DNA of 64,000 nt from TPA_inf: Saccharomyces (taxonomy: Eukaryota), in assembly GCA_000146045.2 (NCBI GenBank), contig BK006947.3:480001-544000 (forward strand), in the 5' to 3' direction. Position numbers and translations under genes: made by a program. Below, piece by piece: positions 11,523-23,723 of the stretch (position 1 is its first letter; each line of letters starts with the position of its first letter). The notes below the pieces were generated by a model. That model searched no databases. It saw only the letters and a list, made by a program, of their open reading frames with translations, and was not told where the DNA came from.

Positions 11523-12971
11523 ATGTCTGCCTTTGTCAGGGTGGTTCCAAGAATATCCAGAAGTTCAGTACTCACCAGATCATTGAGACTGCAATTGAGA
11601 TGCTACGCATCGTACCCAGAGCACACCATTATTGGTATGCCGGCACTGTCTCCTACGATGACGCAAGGTAATCTTGCTGCTTGGACTAAGAAGGAAGGTG
11701 ACCAATTGTCTCCCGGTGAAGTTATTGCCGAAATAGAAACAGACAAGGCTCAAATGGACTTTGAGTTCCAAGAAGATGGTTACTTAGCCAAGATTCTAGT
11801 TCCTGAAGGTACAAAGGACATTCCTGTCAACAAGCCTATTGCCGTCTATGTGGAGGACAAAGCTGATGTGCCAGCTTTTAAGGACTTTAAGCTGGAGGAT
11901 TCAGGTTCTGATTCAAAGACCAGTACGAAGGCTCAGCCTGCCGAACCACAGGCAGAAAAGAAACAAGAAGCGCCAGCTGAAGAGACCAAGACTTCTGCAC
12001 CTGAAGCTAAGAAATCTGACGTTGCTGCTCCTCAAGGTAGGATTTTTGCCTCTCCACTTGCCAAGACTATCGCCTTGGAAAAGGGTATTTCTTTGAAGGA
12101 TGTTCACGGCACTGGACCCCGCGGTAGAATTACCAAGGCTGACATTGAGTCATATCTAGAAAAGTCGTCTAAGCAGTCTTCTCAAACCAGTGGTGCTGCC
12201 GCCGCCACTCCTGCCGCCGCTACCTCAAGCACTACTGCTGGCTCTGCTCCATCGCCTTCTTCTACAGCATCATATGAGGATGTTCCAATTTCAACCATGA
12301 GAAGCATCATTGGAGAACGTTTATTGCAATCTACTCAAGGCATTCCATCATACATCGTTTCCTCCAAGATATCCATCTCCAAACTTTTGAAATTGAGACA
12401 GTCCTTGAACGCTACAGCAAACGACAAGTACAAACTGTCCATTAATGACCTATTAGTAAAAGCCATCACTGTTGCGGCTAAGAGGGTGCCAGATGCCAAT
12501 GCCTACTGGTTACCTAATGAGAACGTTATCCGTAAATTCAAGAATGTCGATGTCTCAGTCGCTGTTGCCACACCAACAGGATTATTGACACCAATTGTCA
12601 AGAATTGTGAGGCCAAGGGCTTGTCGCAAATCTCTAACGAAATCAAGGAACTAGTCAAGCGTGCCAGAATAAACAAATTGGCACCAGAGGAATTCCAAGG
12701 TGGGACCATTTGCATATCCAATATGGGCATGAATAATGCTGTTAACATGTTTACTTCGATTATCAACCCACCACAGTCTACAATCTTGGCCATCGCTACT
12801 GTTGAAAGGGTCGCTGTGGAAGACGCCGCTGCTGAGAACGGATTCTCCTTTGATAACCAGGTTACCATAACAGGGACCTTTGATCATAGAACCATTGATG
12901 GCGCCAAAGGTGCAGAATTCATGAAGGAATTGAAAACTGTTATTGAAAATCCTTTGGAAATGCTATTGTGA
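11523..12971 (+). CDS. LAT1: Dihydrolipoamide acetyltransferase, the E2 component of mitochondrial pyruvate dehydrogenase, 482 aa.
   Basis: It has a lipoyl domain (IETDKAQMDFE), an Ala/Pro linker and a catalytic domain with the DHRTIDGA motif. The length matches YNL071W. Confidence 0.95.
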   Translation: MSAFVRVVPRISRSSVLTRSLRLQLRCYASYPEHTIIGMPALSPTMTQGNLAAWTKKEGDQLSPGEVIAEIETDKAQMDFEFQEDGYLAKILVPEGTKDIPVNKPIAVYVEDKADVPAFKDFKLEDSGSDSKTSTKAQPAEPQAEKKQEAPAEETKTSAPEAKKSDVAAPQGRIFASPLAKTIALEKGISLKDVHGTGPRGRITKADIESYLEKSSKQSSQTSGAAAATPAAATSSTTAGSAPSPSSTASYEDVPISTMRSIIGERLLQSTQGIPSYIVSSKISISKLLKLRQSLNATANDKYKLSINDLLVKAITVAAKRVPDANAYWLPNENVIRKFKNVDVSVAVATPTGLLTPIVKNCEAKGLSQISNEIKELVKRARINKLAPEEFQGGTICISNMGMNNAVNMFTSIINPPQSTILAIATVERVAVEDAAAENGFSFDNQVTITGTFDHRTIDGAKGAEFMKELKTVIENPLEMLL

Positions 12972-13365
12972 GGTTAGAATGAAAATAAAATTCGCCAGTA
13001 AATGCGTATCTTGGAGAAAATATCAATTTGTTATTTTGTATATATAAAAAATTAAAAAAAAAAAAAAAAAAATACTCAAATACTCAAATACGTATACATT
13101 ATACTGAAATACTTCGCTTGTCTTCGAATCTAAATCCTCTCTCTCTTCTGTCTCAAAATGATATAAATAAATCACGTCAAACGGTGCGTCAACATCTTTG
13201 TTTTTTCACCTCATGTGGAATTGGTTGAAATTAACAAAGGAGTGGGATATAGGATATAACGCATAAAGTTTAGCATACTACTTTCGTATATTATTGTTCG
13301 GTGAAAGAAACTAGTTCCCTCTTATCTCTCAATATTTGCCAAAATTAGCTTTTAACAAATAAACC

Positions 13366-13548
13366 ATGAGTTTCCTACCATCTTTTATCTTAAGCGATGA
13401 ATCTAAAGAACGTATTTCCAAAATTTTAACTTTGACTCATAATGTAGCACATTATGGCTGGATCCCATTTGTTTTGTATTTGGGCTGGGCACACACTTCT
13501 AATAGACCAAACTTTTTGAACTTACTGTCTCCGTTACCAAGTGTTTAA
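13366..13548 (+). CDS. TOM7: TOM complex small subunit Tom7, 60 aa.
   Basis: ATG at 13366. The 60-aa protein MSFLPSFILSDESKERISKILTLTHNVAHYGWIPFVLYLGWAHTSN... is recognisable. Confidence 0.9.
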   Translation: MSFLPSFILSDESKERISKILTLTHNVAHYGWIPFVLYLGWAHTSNRPNFLNLLSPLPSV

Positions 13549-13955
13549 AAACATCAGTTCGATACAACTTGGGTGAGAGAGGAAGCCCATATTTCCAATT
13601 TTGAATTACTTGACCGTTACTGCAAATAATAAAAATTGACATGTACATAAAGTATATATATAATAAAATATAAAATTCATTTTGCATATTGTTATTCTTT
13701 CACGCTTTGTTTTGATATGGTGAAAATTCGAAGTCTCTAGAATGTCCTTTAGGTACCTTTCTTTAAGATGTGGTTCATATTCAAAAAATCTGATCAATTA
13801 GAATTTATACCAGTGTTTTAATATGTTTATTTATCTGTTATTGATATTATTTAAAATGTGAAACAAAATAAATAAAAATAACTAAAAATGTAGGGTGGTT
13901 TGTTGTTTTGCAAAAAATAAAAGATAAGATTGATCACAAATTCATTTCATGAAAT

Positions 13956-14973
<1,018 letters not shown>

Positions 14974-15001
14974 CATCAATAACAACGACTGGTTGAGACA
15001 T
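14974..15001 (-). CDS. RPL16B: Ribosomal protein L16B, exon 1 (28 nt: ATG TCT CAA CCA GTC GTT GTT ATT GAT G).
   Basis: The minus-strand ATG at 15001 encodes MSQPVVVID, then runs straight into GTACGT. Phase-1 splicing to exon 2 gives MSQPVVVIDAKDHLL. Confidence 0.8.
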
Positions 15002-15384
15002 CTTTTATGGTTGGTTGGTTGTTTAATACCTTAACAAAATGCACTTAGTGGAATATCTACATGTGTTATAGTTTTAAGAATCAGTTTTACCAATATCAGA
15101 ATAATTTTCCAGAATTCGAAATTGCAGCGGTCCGCAGTGCGAATGTTTAGCCGGAGGGACCAAGTGTCTGCCTAAGAAGAGATCACCACCCTCCCAAGCT
15201 GATACAAGGATCAAATGGAAAATCACCCACTTGGGGACAGCCCAGGAGACGCTTTAGCGGGCAGTTTCAGGTTCTAGGAGCGTTCTCCGAAGGAAGTCCT
15301 TCTGCCGCTGTTTTTCACCCGTTGGCCGAAGCGTTGAGAAACAGCCAAATTTTCTGATTCATAGGAAATTTTTAAAGGAGGTTT

Positions 15385-15400
15385 GGGTGTGTATAGTGTA
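15385..15400 (-). promoter_or_regulatory. Candidate Rap1-type site (minus strand ACACACCCAAAC) about 385 bp upstream of the RPL16B ATG.
   Basis: GGGTGTGTATAGTGT is on the plus strand. Its reverse complement resembles the RP-gene Rap1 consensus ACACCCATACAT with one or two mismatches. It lies within a GC-rich block (15120-15340) that is unusual for yeast intergenic DNA. Confidence 0.3.
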
Positions 15401-15700
15401 CGGATTGAATATGTCAAGGATGCAAACACAGCAGCGAAAATAAAGTTCAGTTGCATAAATTAGAGTGAACATTGCGGGGTGTTCAAAATCATAAAGGTCA
15501 GATGATCAAACGCATGAGGAAGAGTAAAATAGGGAATGCACGGTGATTAAATATTATATATGAAAGACAGTTATATATGTACTTCGTGACATAGATTCGG
15601 ACGACAATAGAATGAAAGGAAAGCAGCTCATATGACTGGCTGCAGCTTAGCCATTTCTCATTCATTTCTTTAGTCTTAGTGATTCACCTTGTTTCTTGTC

Positions 15701-18289
15701 TTAGTTGTTGATAATACTGATCTTTGCACCATCCGTATCTAGTATTAGTTCCTTGGCATTGGCGGTGCTACCACCTTGGTTTTTCAAAGGTGAAGAATTA
15801 ATATCTTTAGTTTCCAGATCATTTGAGTTAGAGTCCGAATCTTTTTCTGAAGTAGCATTCTCGTTTTCTTTGGCTTTAATGTCCGGATTTATGGAAAATC
15901 CTCTCTTGTTGCCTCCGCTATCTGCGGCAGGAGTGTTGTTTGTTGAGCTAAACTGCAATAAATTCCATACACCTGGAGAACTTTTGACATTCTGCGATTT
16001 ACTTGTTGATGGTGTCAGCCGTCTATTATCATTGTTTGATTCCATGCTTTTCAAGACATTAGAATCCAATACTAGACCTGTTTGTTTGTTTTCCATTCCG
16101 CTAGTCTGTAAATTAGAATTATTTGCGCCGTTATTATTAGTATTGTTGCTATTACTATGAAGAGGTGACCTAGCCCTATTAGCGCTTCCTCTTTCTGGTG
16201 TATATGCTTCCATCGCAGTAATATGAAATGCCTTAGTAGGAGATCGTAATAGCGTGTCATATGGTTGAGAAAGGCGTAGACTGTTCGCTGCCAATGAGGA
16301 AGTTGTTGTTCCAGTTTGCGGAACTGAGTTAGAATTACCGGAAGACGTGGTAGTTGTCGGCTCCAAATTACCATTTTCATCAAGTGAAGAAGTAGATATG
16401 GCGGGTAGATTCATTTTGGTACCGCCGTTATTGTTTGTCGATTTGTCGGCGCTATCGCTGATGTTGTTTATTATTTTGGAATTAGCACATGCATTAGTGA
16501 ACGAGACTAGAGCGTTGTTTGGAGATTGCCTATTCATTTGTGATATTGATATTGCAGGCGGATGAAGTGACTCTTTGTATTCTTTCATATTGTTTTGATT
16601 TAAGTTAGCATTTGAATTGGGAGCTTGCAATTGTGGCGTCTTGATAGGTCTTGCTAACGCTATATTTCGATTTTGGGTATCCGCGAAGGTAAATTGAATC
16701 TCTTGACGTTGTTCCTGTGGTGGCGGCTGCTGTGACTGATTTTGATGTGACACAGGGGGCTGTGATTGTTGCGATGCAGGAAGGTTACCTTTGGATGGGA
16801 CATGTTGTACGAACCCTTCTATGATGTTATTGTTGGATGGTTCTAGCACATTGTGAGATTGTAGTTGTCGTTTAGGGGGTTGAGCCATGTTAAGCGATAA
16901 CCTATAGTCCATTTCCATGGGTAAACTGTTGAATTTTGCCATATGTAACTGTAGTTGCCTTGCTACTGAGGATCCCCGCCTGATTTTCCCCACTTTTCCG
17001 GTATTCCACTTGTTTAGAAATTCTTGCTGATAAGATTCGCTAATTCTCCATTTCATACCTTTGCCCGGCTCATTGGGTCTTCTCGGAACCTTTTCAAACG
17101 CCTTATTTAATGATAAATTATGCCTAATGGAGTTTTGCCAACCGGATTTAGCAAACCTGTAGTATGCATAATTGGAAGAAATATACTTGTAGATATCGGC
17201 TAGTGAAATAACTCCCTCCGGCGACGACAGTATGGCCTGTGTTATCATAGTTGCGTATGAATGAGGTGGTTTAACGTTCCTGTTTTCGTCATGGGATAGG
17301 TCCGAAGTAAAATCCAAAGCTTGAGGATAGGCATTTGATGACTTGTATGAATCTACAAAATTTGCAGCGATGATGGTATTTGGAGGACCCTGTGGAGAAG
17401 CCGCTTGTGGATTGATGGTATTGCTTGTTGTTGTAGATGCTGTATAGTTTGGGTTTATGGACGTAAAGTAGCCATTCTTGTTCTTACTATTATTATTGTT
17501 GTTGAAGATGCCTTGTTCGCTAGGGCCCAAGTTCGCTCCGCTACCAAAAGGAGCATTGCCACCACTTCCATAAAGCTTAAACCCTTTGATTTGTTGATTA
17601 GAGGTTAATTGCCTTTGCTTAGCATAATTAGACTGTTTTATAATGTCTCTTAGCAGGGGGTTGTTGTTGCCTTCCAATCCGAACATGTTTATTAAATTAG
17701 GCATCAGGTGTTCTATACAAATAGGAGCAACAACCGGGTCACTGTCGGGCAGGATAAACATCATTTGTGTTCCTCCTATGTCTAGCAGGGTTCCGGAAGA
17801 TAATCGAATGGGAGGATTGTTGGGTCCATTATGAGTCCTTTGAAAGTTTACTTTAGCGCCGTTACGGCCCAATATGTGCAATTCCCAACCGCCGATATTC
17901 ATGTTGTATTTTATTATGGCGTGCTTTCTAGAAACGACTTTGGCAGGTCCGAGATCAATATTCACTCTATATGAGTTTTTTACACCATCTGAATTTTCCT
18001 GTAGTGCACTGTTTAAGGGATCAGTATTTCTACCAATAGAAACTTCCAAATCCTTCACATAATAGGTCCAGTTTGGTCCGGAGAGTTTAGCATAAGCTTG
18101 TATTTCCGTCGCCATGTTCTTGTCGTTGGAATATTGTAATGATACGGTAGTTGGCTGATCTGGGGCTGTCAGTGAAGAGATGATGGCATTTATTACACCT
18201 TGATGATGCTGAGCGGTATATTTTGTGCTGCCATAATTTGTTTGAGTCATATTTAGTTCGTTCATCTCGTTAAAATTGCTGCTGGACAT
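15701..18289 (-). CDS. FKH2: Forkhead transcription factor, 862 aa, with FHA and forkhead domains.
   Basis: ATG at 18289. The forkhead DNA-binding region (KPPHSYATMITQAILSSPEGVISLADIYKYISSNYAYYR...WQNSIRHNLSLNKAF) and an FHA domain are visible. The length matches YNL068C. Confidence 0.95.
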   Translation of the reverse strand: MSSSNFNEMNELNMTQTNYGSTKYTAQHHQGVINAIISSLTAPDQPTTVSLQYSNDKNMATEIQAYAKLSGPNWTYYVKDLEVSIGRNTDPLNSALQENSDGVKNSYRVNIDLGPAKVVSRKHAIIKYNMNIGGWELHILGRNGAKVNFQRTHNGPNNPPIRLSSGTLLDIGGTQMMFILPDSDPVVAPICIEHLMPNLINMFGLEGNNNPLLRDIIKQSNYAKQRQLTSNQQIKGFKLYGSGGNAPFGSGANLGPSEQGIFNNNNNSKNKNGYFTSINPNYTASTTTSNTINPQAASPQGPPNTIIAANFVDSYKSSNAYPQALDFTSDLSHDENRNVKPPHSYATMITQAILSSPEGVISLADIYKYISSNYAYYRFAKSGWQNSIRHNLSLNKAFEKVPRRPNEPGKGMKWRISESYQQEFLNKWNTGKVGKIRRGSSVARQLQLHMAKFNSLPMEMDYRLSLNMAQPPKRQLQSHNVLEPSNNNIIEGFVQHVPSKGNLPASQQSQPPVSHQNQSQQPPPQEQRQEIQFTFADTQNRNIALARPIKTPQLQAPNSNANLNQNNMKEYKESLHPPAISISQMNRQSPNNALVSFTNACANSKIINNISDSADKSTNNNGGTKMNLPAISTSSLDENGNLEPTTTTSSGNSNSVPQTGTTTSSLAANSLRLSQPYDTLLRSPTKAFHITAMEAYTPERGSANRARSPLHSNSNNTNNNGANNSNLQTSGMENKQTGLVLDSNVLKSMESNNDNRRLTPSTSKSQNVKSSPGVWNLLQFSSTNNTPAADSGGNKRGFSINPDIKAKENENATSEKDSDSNSNDLETKDINSSPLKNQGGSTANAKELILDTDGAKISIINN

Positions 18290-19680
18290 TTCTTGCGCAT
18301 TGATAAAGTTTCAATAAAGGAAACGGAGGGAGCACACCAATATTTATGTGTATCGTACTGTTTTTTTTTTTTTTTTCTAGCAATGATCACTTATGCGAGG
18401 GAATCGGGAAGATTGGCTTTGAAGTGTTTTTAGCCTTTTGTTCCTTAGTATGATCTTGATTATTGAGCGGTTCAATTCAGTGGAAAAGGACTGCTCTATA
18501 GTGTTTTAAGTTTTACAGAAATATAGTGATCCTATGAATGTCACTTTTTTGTTTACCTTTAGAAATGCGGAACCATTGGCATTTTTTTTCTTTATTTACT
18601 AATTTACCTAGAAAATCCAAATGGCACAGGGCGAGCGAATTTTTTTTCCCTCTTTTAATGAGCGAAATCGAAGATTTTCGGTAATGTTGTGCGAAGGGTT
18701 CTGGGGCGGGGTCCGGCATAAGTCATCATCAATGCTAAGGGAACGATTATATGGCACAGAAAGAGACAGGAAGAAGAGGCCATCAAAATGTTGCAGCTTA
18801 AGGGATAAGCATAAAGCGTAATCAATAAAAAACAGCCTGTACCCAACAGGCAGCAAATTTTTGAAAGCCTGTTGCAAGATACATATGACACAAATTATTA
18901 AAATATGTTGAATTAATATTCAGTTCTTACAGTTGACATGATCCGACTCAAATGTTAATGTTCTTGAGGTTCTATAGTTTCAAAATAGCTTTTTACTTTC
19001 TGCTATTGGACCCTTTTGGACCAGCCGAAGGAAGTTTTTTTTCTTTATGTTTAGCTCTTTTTTCATCACTTCTAATTCGCAAATAGAAGGGGAAGGAGGA
19101 CAGCAATTATGTAAAAATTAATTAGTATGTCAGTAACAAAAAGAAGAGATAACAGAGGTAGTTCCTCTAGACATTTTTAAGACGACTATTGATGCCAGGC
19201 AAATTTTGGATTTACTGCTCCTCTTTTAAGAAGACAAGTGTGTGATATCGTAGCGGTAGGAACCAATTTTGCAATCGATTTACTTACAGCCAAGAAAATC
19301 TATTTTCATGTTTAGCATTGCCATTTCTTCTGTGTCACACGTTGTGCTTGCCAGGAACTATAGGAGAGACGTATACAAGCATCAATGTTACGAATGTACG
19401 ATCCCGTTTGCATCTGATGTGTAAACTCATGTGGTGCACTGGTGTTGTTTCCAAGACTGCACTATTAACTGGGAATTTTTTTTTTTCTTCTAGTGAATTT
19501 TTTTTTAAAGCGACGCACAGGAAAAGTGAAAATTATTTAAACGGACGGCAAACATGAAAAAAAAAATTACCAACCATATTTCTATTTCCTTTCCCTTTAC
19601 CTATTCTCTTTTTGAAATAGTTCATTTTCTCTCTCTGAAACGACAATAAACCAAACTCTAGCCTCCAATAGTCACTAAAG

Positions 19681-20256
19681 ATGAAGTACATTCAAACCGA
19701 ACAACAAATTGAAATCCCAGAAGGTGTTACTGTCAGCATTAAGTCCAGAATCGTCAAGGTTGTCGGTCCAAGAGGTACTTTGACCAAGAACTTGAAGCAT
19801 ATTGATGTTACCTTCACCAAGGTCAACAACCAATTGATCAAGGTTGCTGTTCACAACGGTGACAGAAAGCACGTTGCCGCTTTGAGAACCGTTAAATCTT
19901 TGGTTGACAACATGATCACTGGTGTCACCAAGGGTTACAAGTACAAGATGAGATACGTCTACGCGCATTTCCCAATCAACGTCAACATTGTTGAAAAGGA
20001 TGGTGCTAAATTCATTGAAGTCAGAAACTTTTTGGGTGACAAGAAGATCAGAAACGTCCCAGTTAGAGATGGTGTTACTATCGAATTCTCTACTAACGTA
20101 AAGGACGAAATCGTCTTATCTGGTAACTCTGTTGAAGACGTTTCCCAAAATGCCGCTGACTTGCAACAAATCTGTCGTGTTAGAAACAAGGATATCCGTA
20201 AGTTTTTGGATGGTATCTACGTTTCCCACAAGGGTTTCATTGTCGAAGACATGTAA
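19681..20256 (+). CDS. RPL9B: Ribosomal protein L9B (uL6), 191 aa, no intron.
   Basis: ATG at 19681. The highly conserved uL6 sequence MKYIQTEQQIEIPEGVTVSIKSRIVKVVGPRGTL... is present, and codon usage is biased as for a highly expressed gene. Confidence 0.95.
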   Translation: MKYIQTEQQIEIPEGVTVSIKSRIVKVVGPRGTLTKNLKHIDVTFTKVNNQLIKVAVHNGDRKHVAALRTVKSLVDNMITGVTKGYKYKMRYVYAHFPINVNIVEKDGAKFIEVRNFLGDKKIRNVPVRDGVTIEFSTNVKDEIVLSGNSVEDVSQNAADLQQICRVRNKDIRKFLDGIYVSHKGFIVEDM

Positions 20257-21505
20257 ATGGAACAAAAAAGTGTCTTTGCGCTTAGAGGCGCTTAAATATG
20301 TACATTATTCCTACTTTTTTATTTAGTATTATGTAAAGACTGAGGTTCTTTGTCATTGGATGTGCCTCACTTCCAATGATGAATTGACAGGCTCTCTAGG
20401 GAATGCTGTCAAGGGGAAACGTTGCTAGTGCTCATTGAAATAAAGAGCCACTTTACGTTTTCTCAAATTGCTTTTGTTTTTTCTTCTATTGATGCTAATT
20501 GCATATTTTTTGGTAAAGGAAAGAAACACTAAAAAATAAATATTCTCTAATACGTTACAAATGATTTTCTTTTTTCTTGAGTCTTGCAATCATACCCGTA
20601 GCTTTCTCTTGTTCTTCGGCTATTGCTTTAAATCAAAATGATATCTGGGTGTACCAGCAAGTTTCGAAATGAAAACATAAAAATATGGTTACCCGACATA
20701 TATGCTGGTTTAATACTGGTTAAACTGAACAGAAGCATCTCTTTTCTCTATTAGGACGTAAACGACAACGTTTTTTTTTATAGGAAAAGTAAACAAAGCG
20801 CAGTGGAAGGCAGCGAAAGGAACCTGCACAGCGCGAAGTTTATAAACAATGACTTTTCCAGATCTCGGATTTTTTTCTCGCACGTTCCCTTCAGCATGAA
20901 TCTTATTTAAACACTTACTTTCGAGAAAAATAACAGTAGTTTCCCCAAAAAAAATAGTACTATCACACGTATTTTAAATATAATCGCCGTATTATTCACT
21001 ATATTCAATTTCAACTTTATAGCAAGAAAAGGAAAGATCGATTCGTTCTTTTACCATTATCCAACTACTCTACACTCCTTTTTCGCCGAAGAAAAGAACT
21101 CTTCCAACTAATTTTCACTCCTTTAAGCATTTTTTTTTTTTACTTTTTTACAAGTCGTATGTTTAATTTAATGATAAGACCTTTCATGTTACTATATTTT
21201 GAGTTTGCAAATTATTCCACTGATTACGAAATTGCTGTGCTTTTTTCGCTTCGGTGCATCGTCATTTTTCGAGAATAAAGCAAATTTTTACATGCCCGTT
21301 ATTTTTCCGTGCACAACTTCTTTTTGGCTTTTTTGGCCGTCGGATTTACGGCGCGAAAATAAGTTTCTGACTTCTCGAGATATAGCCATTGTAGAAACTA
21401 AAACAATATTGATTGATTCAATTAGCACTAATCTTAGAAAATTTGCAATCCTACTCTTTTCGCAATGATTTTATTTACTAACCCATCCCAAATTTATTTT
21501 AGTAA

Positions 21506-22777
<1,272 letters not shown>

Positions 22778-23723
22778 ACTTAGGCGCATCAACAGTTGAG
22801 TAAGTTGATTGTATTATTACCCCATTCTTTTCTGCCCGTCCATTTTATTGTCTGTTTAACATACACTAAAACCCACGCCGGATTAATATCAATTTTTTTT
22901 TACTTTGTTTCTATTTATCATTCTTCCAGACATAAATTATTTTGTAATATTAAAGACATTTGAAAACCTACATACATCGCACACCTCTTCTTTCATTGTC
23001 CTAAAAACCACCCAAAAAAAAAAAAAAGACATCAAATCTCTTTTTTTTTTTTTTGTAGTTCTGTTGCCGTATGCTATCTACTCCTAAGGCTTTTTTCTAC
23101 TACGGCAATCTATTCACAATGTGCAATTAGGCTAAATGCTAAAAAAAGAAAAAAAAATCCGGAGCCCCTCGATGACTCCTGTTTCCGTTTTATACTGTCC
23201 AGCGCAGACCGCACTTCCTACGTATACTTCTTACGGGGAAGGGAGCATACACGAAAACAAAAGGACCCGTAATGACTCGGAAACTCCATAGATCGGTAAA
23301 TACCGGCTCGTTACCCGTCCTCCATCGGAAAATCTCTCACCGATTTGTTCCGGTATCGGATAATTTATGAATCACCCGGCTTGATGGAACCGTTTTTGTT
23401 CCGTGAAATGCCCGGCCTGCATTGTTTTCTTCAGACGAGAAGCCGTTCCAACGTTTCTTTTTCTCGTCACCGGGAAGTTGCGGGCACCTTAGGGCAAGGA
23501 AAAAGAAACTTCTCTGCCCTCATCGAGGATACAGTTGATCATACTCAATATTATATAACGCTTAACACTGTCAAGGTTATACACTTTTTACTAACTTTTT
23601 ATTGCTAATATTGTCGTTCTATATAAAATTATGGATTTTTCCAGGCTTACAAAGTTAGCATTTATACGGAGATAAATTTATTTTTTTGAGAATCCAAGCT
23701 AGATTCAGAAAGTCGAATCAGCA

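Noticed and set aside
20653-20658. ACCAGC (Ace2/Swi5-like) motif about 860 bp upstream of SUN4.
   Set aside because: It is a single 6-mer, far from the ATG. It is expected by chance several times in 64 kb, so I did not list it as a feature.
23150-23480. GC-rich stretch upstream of AQR1 that I scanned for a tRNA or other Pol III gene.
   Set aside because: It has no T-loop/B-box (GGTTCGANTCC) or cloverleaf-compatible sequence. It is most likely just the AQR1 promoter.
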